Source: Candidatus Poseidoniaceae archaeon (GTDB taxonomy: Archaea > Thermoplasmatota > Poseidoniia > Poseidoniales > Poseidoniaceae). Taken from it: a stretch of 64,000 nucleotides of DNA. Location of the stretch: NCBI GenBank assembly GCA_949372655.1, contig CASIAI010000003.1:44009-108008 (forward strand). The letters are read 5' to 3'. A program made the position numbers and the translations under genes. Below are positions 47,312 to 57,167 of this stretch, piece after piece. The notes beneath the pieces are model-generated. The model was not told the DNA's origin, did no database searches, and saw only the letters and a list, made by a program, of their open reading frames with translations. Position 1 is the first letter of the stretch. Each line of letters starts with the position of its first letter.

Positions 47312-48847
47312 ATGGCTAAAGTAAGTGATTGGACCGAAAGATATCGGCCAAAATCTGAAAGCCACCTGGAAGGCAATGAAGCCCAGAGAAGGAAAATACG
47401 TGACTGGCTAAGTAAATGGCAAGGCGGTATGCCTAAGAAAAAAGCATTACTTCTAGTCGGTCCCCCCGGAGTTGGTAAAACAACTGTGGCAAGGGCAGTT
47501 GCACAAGATATGGGTTGGAGCGTGATTGAACTGAATGCATCTGATGCAAGAAATGCAGCAGCAATACGCAAGGCGGCAACGCAAGGTGCAACTCATAGGT
47601 CATTATTCCACAATCCTGATGACAAAGAACAGAGGACATTGATACTTCTAGATGAAGTAGACCATCTGTCAGGTGGTCTGAAAAAAGTTAATCAAGATAA
47701 ACTGAATAAGGCTTTGATGGGAGATGAAGTAGGTGGTAATCCAGTTACATTTTCTGGTGATTCGGGTGGTAAAGCAGAATTGCTTCGTTTATTAAATGAA
47801 ACAAAACAACCTGTAATTCTTGCTTGTAATGAAATAATGGGTCTTTGGGGTAAAGGTTCTACCTGGCGTTCAACACGAGATCGGTTTCAAAAGCATATGA
47901 TTACATTAAACTTTGAAAGAGCAAATGATGATGCTTTAAGACGAATAGCGAGGAGAGTTCTAAAATCTGAAGATATAGAATTTGAGGCTCAGGCTATTGA
48001 GAAATTGGTTGAACGTAATCCCGGTGACCTTAGAGCATTAGTTCGAGATTTACAAGTTATATCAGCAACAATAGATGGTATTCTAACTCCTGAAGTTGTT
48101 AATTCATTCATAGAATCTGGGGAACGTGATATTTCTATCGAAGTATTTCCAGGATTAGATAAGTTATATCGTTGCTCTACTGCCAATGAAGCAGTTATTG
48201 CTGGAAGGACAATTGATAAGTCCCCTAGTGAACTTTTGAATTGGATTCATTGGAATAATCCTTCATTGATTTCCGATAAGAATACCCTTAAAAGAGGTAA
48301 TCAAGCTTTGAGTCTGTCTTCTAAAATGTTATCAGCACAATATGATAATACTGCTCATAGGTCTTGGTATTGGAGTGGTCAACTATCTGGCCTGGCTGCA
48401 TCGGTTGTTAATAAAAATCCATTTGGCGGAAAAATATATCCATCCTACCCTAACTTCCTACGAATAAACTCAACTAATGTACGTCCTTCAATCATCGAAC
48501 AATTAGCCAAGGGCCCTGGAATAAGTAAATCAACGGTTCGAGATGAAATGCTACCTATTCTGACATCCTTATTATCACCAAAATCAACAATTGGAGATCC
48601 GAATGATTACTCCATTTCAATGAATTATAACTTATCTGGTGAAGAACATGTTACATTGGCAGGTCTAACTTTGAGCCGGCGGTCAACAAAAGAGATCATA
48701 GCAAACTATAACGAAGAAAAGTCAAGGAAACAAATAATATCTATAGATGAAGATATTGAGGAAGAGAATCTGCCTCAAATTGGTATTATTGATAATGGTT
48801 CTAAAGATGATGAATCATCCCCTCCAGGGCAAATGAAATTATTCTAA
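47312..48847 (+). CDS. rfcL: Replication factor C large subunit
   Basis: WTERYRPKS, Walker A LLVGPPGVGKTT, SRC/DEAD-like LILLDEVDHL. 511 aa. Confidence 0.7.
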   Translation: MAKVSDWTERYRPKSESHLEGNEAQRRKIRDWLSKWQGGMPKKKALLLVGPPGVGKTTVARAVAQDMGWSVIELNASDARNAAAIRKAATQGATHRSLFHNPDDKEQRTLILLDEVDHLSGGLKKVNQDKLNKALMGDEVGGNPVTFSGDSGGKAELLRLLNETKQPVILACNEIMGLWGKGSTWRSTRDRFQKHMITLNFERANDDALRRIARRVLKSEDIEFEAQAIEKLVERNPGDLRALVRDLQVISATIDGILTPEVVNSFIESGERDISIEVFPGLDKLYRCSTANEAVIAGRTIDKSPSELLNWIHWNNPSLISDKNTLKRGNQALSLSSKMLSAQYDNTAHRSWYWSGQLSGLAASVVNKNPFGGKIYPSYPNFLRINSTNVRPSIIEQLAKGPGISKSTVRDEMLPILTSLLSPKSTIGDPNDYSISMNYNLSGEEHVTLAGLTLSRRSTKEIIANYNEEKSRKQIISIDEDIEEENLPQIGIIDNGSKDDESSPPGQMKLF

Positions 48848-50475
48848 GATTTCTTTTGCTCTTTGTTCGAAGGTAATAATCTCTTGAAAAGAGCGACAGC
48901 TGTTCTATCTGCTTGTTCTTTTTCTTCTTTAGCCCAGGTGCTTGGATGTAGCAGAATTACTGCGGTAAGTAATTCTAGTCTTCCAAACCACATTAAAACC
49001 GAAGTTATCAACAAAGTGATTGAATTCATACCTGCCCATGTTTCACTTGGACCATAATCTCCTAATGCAGGGCCGGTATTTCCTAGGCACGATGCAACAA
49101 CTGAAATTATACTTTCAAAAGAATCATTTTCCATAAAAATAGCAAGAAGAATACATGATATGGCGAATAAACCTATCCAAACAAATAACATCCCCACAAT
49201 AAGACCCAATTGTTGTCTTTCTACAACTTCACTATTCATCCTTATTCTTTGAATTCTTCTAGGGTGTGCTATTTTGACCAATTCTCTCATTGCTACTTTG
49301 AATGCTAAATTTATTCTTAGAAGTTTTAAACCTCCACTAGTAGAACCAGCACATGCCCCCACAATCATCAAAATCAGGAATAATATCTTTGTAACCATTG
49401 GCCAAACAATATAGTTAGTAGATGCATATCCAGTTGATGTACCAATGGATATTACATTGAATATACTATATCTAAAGCTATTTCCTAAAGCCATATCTGT
49501 AGAGGTTAGAGCGATAACCATAGCCCCAATTGCCATTCCGAGGTACACAAGATAACTTCTAAATTCTTCATCACCATATACCTGCTTGAATTCTTTCATA
49601 CAAATTAACCAAATTAAGGTGAAATTTACACCTGCTAAGAACATGAATATTACAATTATGCTCTCTACTGCAATAGAATCAAAATATCCAATACTAGCAT
49701 CATGAGTTGAAAAACCCCCTGACGCAACAGTTGTCAATGCGTGATTTAGTGAATCAAACATCGTCATTTCACCAACAATTTTCAATAAGATAAATTCAAT
49801 TATTGTCAAGGCAATGTATAGCCCCCATAGAGCAATTGCTGTTTGTTGTAGTTTAGGTTTGATTTTAGACAGGGATGGACCGGTAAGTTCAGCCCTTGCA
49901 AGTGCCATTCCTCCACCGATAATTCGAGATAGAATCATCATTCCAAGCATAATTATTCCCATACCACCTAACCATTGAGTTAATGATCTCCATATTAGCA
50001 ATCCCTTAGGCTGGGCATTGATACAATCTATTGTACTTCCAGGGATACAATTAGGACTCATTGCTGGTGAAATTACAGTAGCTCCAGTCGTTGTGAATCC
50101 CGACATCGATTCAAACCAAGAATTAACTGCTCCTCTTGCAATATCTATAAATTGTACATTATCTGCAAACGGGCCAATGAATACTCCCCCAAACCAATAT
50201 GGTAGTGCACCAATGAGTACTGCTAATGGCCAAACTAGTGCCACAGCAGCAAATGCTTCTTTATCTCTAAGTCGTTCACTTGTATTAGTCCTGGTAAAAC
50301 TAAGAAGTATAACACCTAGAATTGGAGAAATTAGGCATGGAATGGCGAATGAATACAATGCAACCTCTAGACTATCTAGCCAGATTGTTGCTAAACCACA
50401 AAGAAATAATGGGACTGTAAGTGCAATAAGCGTCCAGCCTAGAATAAGATAAAGAACATCTTTTCGCATCTTCAC
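48844..50475 (-). CDS. trkH: TrkH/KtrB-family K+ transporter membrane subunit
   Basis: Repeated M-P-M pore-loop modules with TTTGATV, GGFSTHDAS and FLAGVNF. Confidence 0.7.
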   Translation of the reverse strand: MKMRKDVLYLILGWTLIALTVPLFLCGLATIWLDSLEVALYSFAIPCLISPILGVILLSFTRTNTSERLRDKEAFAAVALVWPLAVLIGALPYWFGGVFIGPFADNVQFIDIARGAVNSWFESMSGFTTTGATVISPAMSPNCIPGSTIDCINAQPKGLLIWRSLTQWLGGMGIIMLGMMILSRIIGGGMALARAELTGPSLSKIKPKLQQTAIALWGLYIALTIIEFILLKIVGEMTMFDSLNHALTTVASGGFSTHDASIGYFDSIAVESIIVIFMFLAGVNFTLIWLICMKEFKQVYGDEEFRSYLVYLGMAIGAMVIALTSTDMALGNSFRYSIFNVISIGTSTGYASTNYIVWPMVTKILFLILMIVGACAGSTSGGLKLLRINLAFKVAMRELVKIAHPRRIQRIRMNSEVVERQQLGLIVGMLFVWIGLFAISCILLAIFMENDSFESIISVVASCLGNTGPALGDYGPSETWAGMNSITLLITSVLMWFGRLELLTAVILLHPSTWAKEEKEQADRTAVALFKRLLPSNKEQKKS

Positions 50476-51890
50476 ACCTTGAATCTTCGCTCCAAATCGG
50501 AAACTCGGTCTGGGCTACAGAAAATTATCAAACGGTCATTAGATAATATTGTTTTTTCTGGTGATGGCCTCAATGTTTCCCAATAACCATCGACTGTTTC
50601 ACGTTGAATAAATGCGATTCGCATCCAATCAGGGAATCCCGCATCAGCAATTCTCTTATTCGCGAATTTATGTGCATCATCAATACGCATACTAATCCCT
50701 ACGATGTTTGGTACATTAGAAAGAACTGCATACGCTCCAGCAGCCTTCGTGTGAATATGAGCCAGAATATTATCGACAGCCACACGCTTTCTATCTACTG
50801 CGAATGTGATACCCATTCTTTGTGTGACCTTTACCAAATCAGCATCATACAATAGTAGACCGGTTCTTTGAACTCCCATATCGCTTGCTAGAAGTGCTGC
50901 AGCAATACTTTCGTGGTCTGATTCAAGTGCTGCAATCGCTATGTGATTATCAGGAATTCCAACCTCGGTCAAAATATCTCTATCAAGATGGTCTCCATGA
51001 ATAATTTCTAAATTAGGGTGCGAACCAATTGAAGAACCTGAAAGATTGTTTGCCATCTGTAAGTCTCTTTCGATCACAGTTACATGTGCTCCATTCATCA
51101 ACCAGTTTTCAGCTATTAATTGACCTATTTTATTAGCTCCAATAATCGCAACTTTAGGGTTCATTGGGAAGTCAATCGCCTCATGACCAAAAATATTTAA
51201 AATACGATTGAAACTACTAAGACCCGTAGTTGCTACTGCAATTACATCGTTAGGCATTAACATAAAGTCTCCATCCGGGACTATGCTTTTCTCACCTTCA
51301 CGTTTGACACCGACAATCAGAGGAATCCCACCATCTATTGATTTACTTGCTTCGGATAGAGTCTTGAATACTAAGTGCTCTGCATTTTTAGTAACATCGA
51401 ATTCGATGATATAAGCGTCGTGACCAAATGGTATTACTTCTTCAATAGAAGAAGACCTCAATCCTGTATGTAATCTTCTAATGGCACCATCAAGTGGATT
51501 TACAGCATGATTTACTTTAGCCCACTTGGTTAGATGCCCTCTTTTTTGTTCATCGATATAATTCATATCTCTTACGCGGCAAATTGATAGTAGAGGTTTT
51601 GCCTTCTTCCCACCGAATTCATAATGTGCATGCTCTGCTAGAGCACAAGCAATAAGATTCCTCTCGTCAGAATTTGTTGCTGCAACAAATACTTCTGCTT
51701 CTCCAATTCCTGCCTCGTTTAGTTTTTGACGTTTAGTTAGGTCACCATGGATTACCAAAACATCTAGGTTTTGAGCATTCTTTACCGCTCTTGAATCGTA
51801 ATCAACCAAGACTACATCCATCTCTTCAGCCCTAAGTGCACGAGCAAGTTCGGTTCCTACTCTCCCAGCTCCTCCAATGATTATTCGCAT
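50472..51890 (-). CDS. trkA: TrkA K+ transport NAD-binding regulatory subunit (tandem RCK)
   Basis: MRIIIGGAGRVGTELA, and a second Rossmann VAIIGANKIGQLIA. A 4-bp overlap with trkH indicates an operon. Confidence 0.75.
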   Translation of the reverse strand: MRIIIGGAGRVGTELARALRAEEMDVVLVDYDSRAVKNAQNLDVLVIHGDLTKRQKLNEAGIGEAEVFVAATNSDERNLIACALAEHAHYEFGGKKAKPLLSICRVRDMNYIDEQKRGHLTKWAKVNHAVNPLDGAIRRLHTGLRSSSIEEVIPFGHDAYIIEFDVTKNAEHLVFKTLSEASKSIDGGIPLIVGVKREGEKSIVPDGDFMLMPNDVIAVATTGLSSFNRILNIFGHEAIDFPMNPKVAIIGANKIGQLIAENWLMNGAHVTVIERDLQMANNLSGSSIGSHPNLEIIHGDHLDRDILTEVGIPDNHIAIAALESDHESIAAALLASDMGVQRTGLLLYDADLVKVTQRMGITFAVDRKRVAVDNILAHIHTKAAGAYAVLSNVPNIVGISMRIDDAHKFANKRIADAGFPDWMRIAFIQRETVDGYWETLRPSPEKTILSNDRLIIFCSPDRVSDLERRFKV

Positions 51891-51894
51891 TTTA

Positions 51895-53568
51895 TCACCT
51901 CAAGTTCTCTGCCAATTTTTTAACTTGGAATGTTCCACCAGTTACTTCAAGAAGTTCTAAAGTTGCGAAACTTCTAGTTCGATCAACATCACAGCACCTG
52001 CCTCCTGGTTTGTAGTATGATTTGACTAAGCTTCCAGAGGGGTCTGCCTCTTCTATCCAATCGATATAGGCAGTAGGGGTGTGAAGCAACCATTTATTGT
52101 TCACAACATCGACAGAGCCTTCAACAAAACAAGAATTTAATTCGATATTTCGACTATTACACCAACTTTCACTCATTGGCAGTAAAATATAGCCCCATGC
52201 GTGACCCTCCCAATCTACATAAGTAGAATCAGTTAATGCCCCAAAGACATACCATCCTGGTATTCCTTTTGCTCTTAGAAGTGAGAAATAAGCATTGGTT
52301 TGTTCATCACAGTCGCCGATGCTTGCAGTGAGACAAGCAGGCCCACTTCTAGCAACAATAGGAGCATTTTTATCATATACAACATTTTTATGCAGGTAAT
52401 CAAATGCTGCTCTAGCAAATGCATATGCATTATCAGAGCGACCATCTGGGATAGATGCTGATATGATGTCAACTGTGTCTTGAACAATATCAAACTGAAT
52501 TGCATCTATCGCGTAGTCTTGGTAAGGACCATCTTCACCAATCATTCCACCTCGATTATACCACTGTTTAGCACCAAATTGTATAAGTTTAGAACCAGAA
52601 CCTCTATCACTAATATCATCGAAAGTTCCACTACGATCTATATTTATTCCATCGCTTGAACCTGCTACTCTTGAATCAACTCTTGTCAAAGAAGACCACC
52701 AAGAATATGAAGTGCTGGTTAGATTTACTGCAAATGTAACCTTTGCAGATTCTTTAGGTCCCAAACTGAGATTAAACTTGACACAGTTCCCAATCTTACA
52801 CTCGTTTACTCCAGGGCCTACTCCAGGCCACCAAATACTATGCCCATCGCTAGTAATGACCTTATCTGCAAAGGATTTAACTGGCTGGCCATTCAATGGT
52901 ATCGATATATAGTCATCATCATTTATAACTAATTTAATAGAATTGATTTTCTGAATTGAATTTGGTACATCATTGGGAGTAACTCCATCGGTATAAGAAA
53001 ATGTAGAGTTTTCCTTGTGCAGGGATGAAATATCATTCGGTATTGCTAAATTCTCTGTAGCATAACTATTTCCATCTTCATTATAAAAATCAATAGTTTT
53101 AGCAATTGTATAAGTTGATTCAACAGGATACAGATGGTAAGGTGCAGCGGCTAACTGAATGTATTCTTTAATTCCAGCCCATTTTTCAAACACGTGTTCT
53201 CGAGCTTGTGGAGAGAGCATTATGAAAGCAACTAAACTAAGCATGATTACGCTACGAAATCTATTTTTTCTTCTCTTCAGAATATTTCTTCTCTTACCCT
53301 TGTGGGTCATAACCATACCAGACTTGGTTGGTTTCTTTGTTTTCATGTATGTAGTTTCAACATTCCCTCGGTTGAATTGTTGCTCAGCAGCAAAGTTTGG
53401 AGATTTAATGTTGGCTAACACCCTCCCACAGGAATAGCAAATTGTATCACCCGGTAGAGTGACGCTTCGGCAATAAGGGCAGTTGCCCATATTACACCGT
53501 CCTTGCCGGCATTGTATAACGATTACCTGCGGAAAGCCATCAAACTCTTTATTTGTAAAGTGAAACAT
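51895..53568 (-). CDS. Transglutaminase-like domain protein with an N-terminal zinc ribbon and one TM
   Basis: The N-terminus has CPYC...CYSC. The C-terminal core is GDCDEQTNAYFSLLRAKGIPGWYVFG...EGHAWGY, a Cys...His transglutaminase-like cysteine protease fold. It ends 4 bp before trkA. Confidence 0.5.
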   Translation of the reverse strand: MFHFTNKEFDGFPQVIVIQCRQGRCNMGNCPYCRSVTLPGDTICYSCGRVLANIKSPNFAAEQQFNRGNVETTYMKTKKPTKSGMVMTHKGKRRNILKRRKNRFRSVIMLSLVAFIMLSPQAREHVFEKWAGIKEYIQLAAAPYHLYPVESTYTIAKTIDFYNEDGNSYATENLAIPNDISSLHKENSTFSYTDGVTPNDVPNSIQKINSIKLVINDDDYISIPLNGQPVKSFADKVITSDGHSIWWPGVGPGVNECKIGNCVKFNLSLGPKESAKVTFAVNLTSTSYSWWSSLTRVDSRVAGSSDGINIDRSGTFDDISDRGSGSKLIQFGAKQWYNRGGMIGEDGPYQDYAIDAIQFDIVQDTVDIISASIPDGRSDNAYAFARAAFDYLHKNVVYDKNAPIVARSGPACLTASIGDCDEQTNAYFSLLRAKGIPGWYVFGALTDSTYVDWEGHAWGYILLPMSESWCNSRNIELNSCFVEGSVDVVNNKWLLHTPTAYIDWIEEADPSGSLVKSYYKPGGRCCDVDRTRSFATLELLEVTGGTFQVKKLAENLR

Positions 53569-53610
53569 AAATTAGCTAATTGATGGTACATGAGTCAAGT
53601 AAAGAACTAC

Positions 53611-54402
53611 TTACTCACTAGAATCATCAATTTGATTATGATTGTGCTTTTCATTGGACATTTCCTTGTTCATTCTCGCTTGCCTCGCCCATATTTTTCT
53701 CAATCTTTTCTTACCCTCACTAGGGATAGATTCCCATATCCATAAATTCGAGCTTCTTGTGAAAATAAGTATCATTGGAATAATAAATATCCATGCTAGA
53801 AGATTAATCATTGCGAATGGGAACATAATCATATATCCACATCGCCAAAAGGATGAGCGTAAGACTGCACCCCACCTTTTTCCTTTCAGCATCAGATGGC
53901 CATGATAACTGGTGATAAGTGCCTCACATCTGGGGCTAAAGACAGCTATCCCTGCGATCGTAATTACTAGTTCTAGATAATTGAAGCCAAACTCGTCTTT
54001 TACTTCCATTGTCTTGTAAATCATTATCATAGAAATCATTCCACCGGTCGCAAGACCTAATGCCCAACCACTGGTTGTTTGTGAGCTTCCTTTCCTAACT
54101 CTACCTCTTCTTAGCAGAAAGTGTGATGCTACCGATGCTAATACGCAAATAATGATTATATTTAGTGGATTGACAACTCCTTGATTATCGTCTAAGAGCA
54201 TAGAGAGATATGGGCTTATTACAGCGTCATGAGCTAACCTTCCGTAAACTCCACCAAGTAATAAACCCCAGAATATATTGCTCCATGCAGTGGGAAGGTC
54301 ATAGAATCCAGAATATCGTGTCATTACGCCTTTCCAACCCATTGTCATCCCAATTAGAGCGGATATACTCGCTAATTGGAACAATAGTAATGTCGAAGCC
54401 AT
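53611..54402 (-). CDS. Hypothetical polytopic membrane protein
   Basis: ORF with 6 to 7 TM and a basic C-terminal tail. No motif recognised. Confidence 0.3.
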   Translation of the reverse strand: MASTLLLFQLASISALIGMTMGWKGVMTRYSGFYDLPTAWSNIFWGLLLGGVYGRLAHDAVISPYLSMLLDDNQGVVNPLNIIIICVLASVASHFLLRRGRVRKGSSQTTSGWALGLATGGMISMIMIYKTMEVKDEFGFNYLELVITIAGIAVFSPRCEALITSYHGHLMLKGKRWGAVLRSSFWRCGYMIMFPFAMINLLAWIFIIPMILIFTRSSNLWIWESIPSEGKKRLRKIWARQARMNKEMSNEKHNHNQIDDSSE

Positions 54403-54491
54403 AATTGGCCCTGATAGTTTTACTTCATCAAGTCAATGTAGATTTTTTTGATTTGCGTTGGATTCAAAGACCTTCAACGTTAGGCCATGTC

Positions 54492-55745
54492 ATGGCAAGA
54501 CTACTGTTATTTGGTGGGAAAGGTGGAGTGGGTAAGACCACAACATCAGCGGCTACCGCTGTTTGGCTAGCAGATTCAGGACTCCGTGTCCTTATTGTGT
54601 CTAGTGACCCTGCTCATTCAACTTCAGATTCTTTAGGTGTTGATATTGGTACTGAACCAACTCCAATTGATGGTGTTGAAGGTTTGTTTGGTTTAGAGAT
54701 GGACCCTGAATCTAAAATATCGAACCTACTTCCTAAGTTAGGCAAAATGGTAGATGGAATGAACAATAAAGGAGGTCTAGGAGGTCTTGGAGGTCTTAGT
54801 ATGATGCTTGACTCAAATGCCAAAGAAGAAATAGAAGATATGAAATCTGAAATTCAAACTTCCGAAATGATTCTTCCAGGACTGGATGAAGCATTAGCAT
54901 TTGATGAACTGTTGCGGCATGTTGAAGACCCAAATTGGGATGTAATTGTCTTTGACACAGCACCAACTGGACACACTCTAAGATTCCTCTCTCTACCTGA
55001 AATAATCGAAGCCTGGTCAGGTCGACTAATTCGTATGATGAGAATATCTGGTGGAATTAGGTCAATGCTTTTTGGTAGTAAAGAAAGTAATGAGATGAAG
55101 GAGGAATTAGAAAAATTCCGTCGCAGAGTCTTGCATGTTCGCCGAGTTCTGAGTGATGAACAGTTAACATCTTTCACATTGGTCACAATTCCTGAAAGAA
55201 TGGGTGTTAATGAAACCCTTCGAGCCCACAAATCTCTTTTGGAATTTAATCTTCCAGTGCATAGTTGCTTAGTAAACCGTCTAACTCCCGAGTTTGACCA
55301 TCCTTTCCTAATCAAAAGAAGAGATGCGGAATTATTACGTATTTCAGAATTAGAGGATAAATTAGATTCAGTAGATATCGCATCACTAGAGTTATTAGAC
55401 CAGGAAGTTATTGGGATTGAAAATTTACGAAATGTCGGTAAAACATTGTATGGCCCTCCAACATTAATTGAAGATTCTCTGGGTCCACATAAAATTGGAG
55501 ACTTATTGAAGCATGAAATCCACCGCGGTATGGTAACGGAATCTCATGAAGGATTTGAGCGTATTTTCCTTCATTTTCCTGGAATAAAGCGTGATGAATT
55601 ATCTCTAAGAAGTGATGAAGGAGTTCTGTATATTGGTCTTAATGGCAGAGAGAAAGAAATCAATACAAGCGTTCCAGTGAAAGCAAGTCAAGTCGATGCT
55701 AAATTGGAAGGAGATGTACTACGTCTCGATATCCCTCTTGAATGA
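54492..55745 (+). CDS. ArsA/Get3-family anion-transporting/TRC40-like ATPase with a C-terminal HSP20-like (ArsA_HSP20-type) domain
   Basis: LLFGGKGGVGKTTTSA deviant Walker A and DPAHST. The C-terminus FLHFPGIKRDELSLRSDEGVLYI...AKLEGDVLRLDIP is alpha-crystallin-like. The ORF is open from 54405. Start chosen at MARLLLFGG. Confidence 0.65.
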   Translation: MARLLLFGGKGGVGKTTTSAATAVWLADSGLRVLIVSSDPAHSTSDSLGVDIGTEPTPIDGVEGLFGLEMDPESKISNLLPKLGKMVDGMNNKGGLGGLGGLSMMLDSNAKEEIEDMKSEIQTSEMILPGLDEALAFDELLRHVEDPNWDVIVFDTAPTGHTLRFLSLPEIIEAWSGRLIRMMRISGGIRSMLFGSKESNEMKEELEKFRRRVLHVRRVLSDEQLTSFTLVTIPERMGVNETLRAHKSLLEFNLPVHSCLVNRLTPEFDHPFLIKRRDAELLRISELEDKLDSVDIASLELLDQEVIGIENLRNVGKTLYGPPTLIEDSLGPHKIGDLLKHEIHRGMVTESHEGFERIFLHFPGIKRDELSLRSDEGVLYIGLNGREKEINTSVPVKASQVDAKLEGDVLRLDIPLE

Positions 55746-55790
55746 TTATTTAATGAATGGGTTCAAAGAGTAAAACGGTCACGGACCATC

Positions 55791-57161
55791 ATGGCACTCG
55801 AAGGTCTATCTAGAGGGATATTCCGCTCCCTTGGCTTTCTTAAAAATAGAAGAAAGTTAGATGAGGAAGAACTTCGAGAAATGACACGTAGTTTGAGAAG
55901 AGCTTTGCAAGAAGCAGATTTCAACGTTAGGCAAACTAAGGAAATAGTCGAGAGGCTTGAAAATAAGCTCAAGGAAGAGGAACCTAGGCCTGGTCTAAAC
56001 TTACAAACACATGCTATGAATATTCTCTATACTGAACTGGTAAGAATTCTAGGTCCTTCACATGATTTTCAACCTAGAGGCTCCACTCTTCTTCTCGTAG
56101 GTTTATACGGTCAAGGAAAAACTACTACAACTGCAAAACTTGCTGAATGGTATAGAAGAAAACATGGCTTAAGGGTCGCAGTAATAGAAGCTGACGTTCA
56201 TCGTCCTGGGGCATATGCTCAACTTTCACAATTACTCGAAGACTCTTCGGTAATAGTTTATGGAGAACCTGAAAATAAAGATGCAGCATCTATTGTTAGA
56301 AATGGTTTGAAAGAGTGTGCCTCGGCTGATATGATAATAGTAGATACTGCTGGACGTCACCAATTAGATCAAGAACTAGTGGAAGAACTTGAGAATATCT
56401 CTTCTTTAACTCGGGCTACAGAAAGATGGCTTGTTATTGACGCTCAAGTCGGTCAAGCAGCAGGTCCAGTTGCAGCATCATTCCATACCTTAGCTGGAGT
56501 GACTGGAATTGTAGTTACTAAATTAGATGGTACTGCCAGAGGCGGTGGTGCACTTTCAGCTGTTGCCGCAACAGGCGCTCCAATCGTTCACATTGGTGTT
56601 GGAGAAAAAGTCAGTGATTTGGAAAAGTTTGAGTCGGATAGATTTATTTCCAGACTTCTTGGAATGGGAGATATCCAAGGGTTAATTGACTTAGCACCTG
56701 AAGATTTAGATGAAGAAGAAGCTATGCGCTTGACTCAAAGAATGATGAGTGGAAGGTTTACTCTAAACGATATGTACAAGCAAATGGAAATGATGTCTAA
56801 AGTGGGCACTATTGACAAACTTATGTCTTTTTTACCAGGTAATATGCTTGGAGGATTAGGAGGGATGTCTAAATCTCAAAAGCATGCTATGCAAGGTAAC
56901 TTAGACCGTTATCGAACAATCATGGATAGTATGACAGGTTGGGAAAAGAATGAACCTGCCAAAATTAAGGCTGATAGAATAAAGAGAATTGCTCGTGGTT
57001 CTGGTGTTCGTGAAAAGGATGTGCGAGAATTAATTGGTCAATGGAATCGCTCTAGAAAAATGATGAAGGGAATGGGCGGTAATCGTAAACTGAATAAACA
57101 AATGCGAAAAATGATGAAAGATGGAGATATGGATATGGATCCATCTTCATTCGGAATGTGA
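55791..57161 (+). CDS. srp54: Signal recognition particle protein SRP54
   Basis: N, G and M domains with LVGLYGQGKTTTTAKLA, DTAGRH and a Met-rich C-terminal M domain. Confidence 0.85.
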   Translation: MALEGLSRGIFRSLGFLKNRRKLDEEELREMTRSLRRALQEADFNVRQTKEIVERLENKLKEEEPRPGLNLQTHAMNILYTELVRILGPSHDFQPRGSTLLLVGLYGQGKTTTTAKLAEWYRRKHGLRVAVIEADVHRPGAYAQLSQLLEDSSVIVYGEPENKDAASIVRNGLKECASADMIIVDTAGRHQLDQELVEELENISSLTRATERWLVIDAQVGQAAGPVAASFHTLAGVTGIVVTKLDGTARGGGALSAVAATGAPIVHIGVGEKVSDLEKFESDRFISRLLGMGDIQGLIDLAPEDLDEEEAMRLTQRMMSGRFTLNDMYKQMEMMSKVGTIDKLMSFLPGNMLGGLGGMSKSQKHAMQGNLDRYRTIMDSMTGWEKNEPAKIKADRIKRIARGSGVREKDVRELIGQWNRSRKMMKGMGGNRKLNKQMRKMMKDGDMDMDPSSFGM

Positions 57162-57167
57162 TTAATT

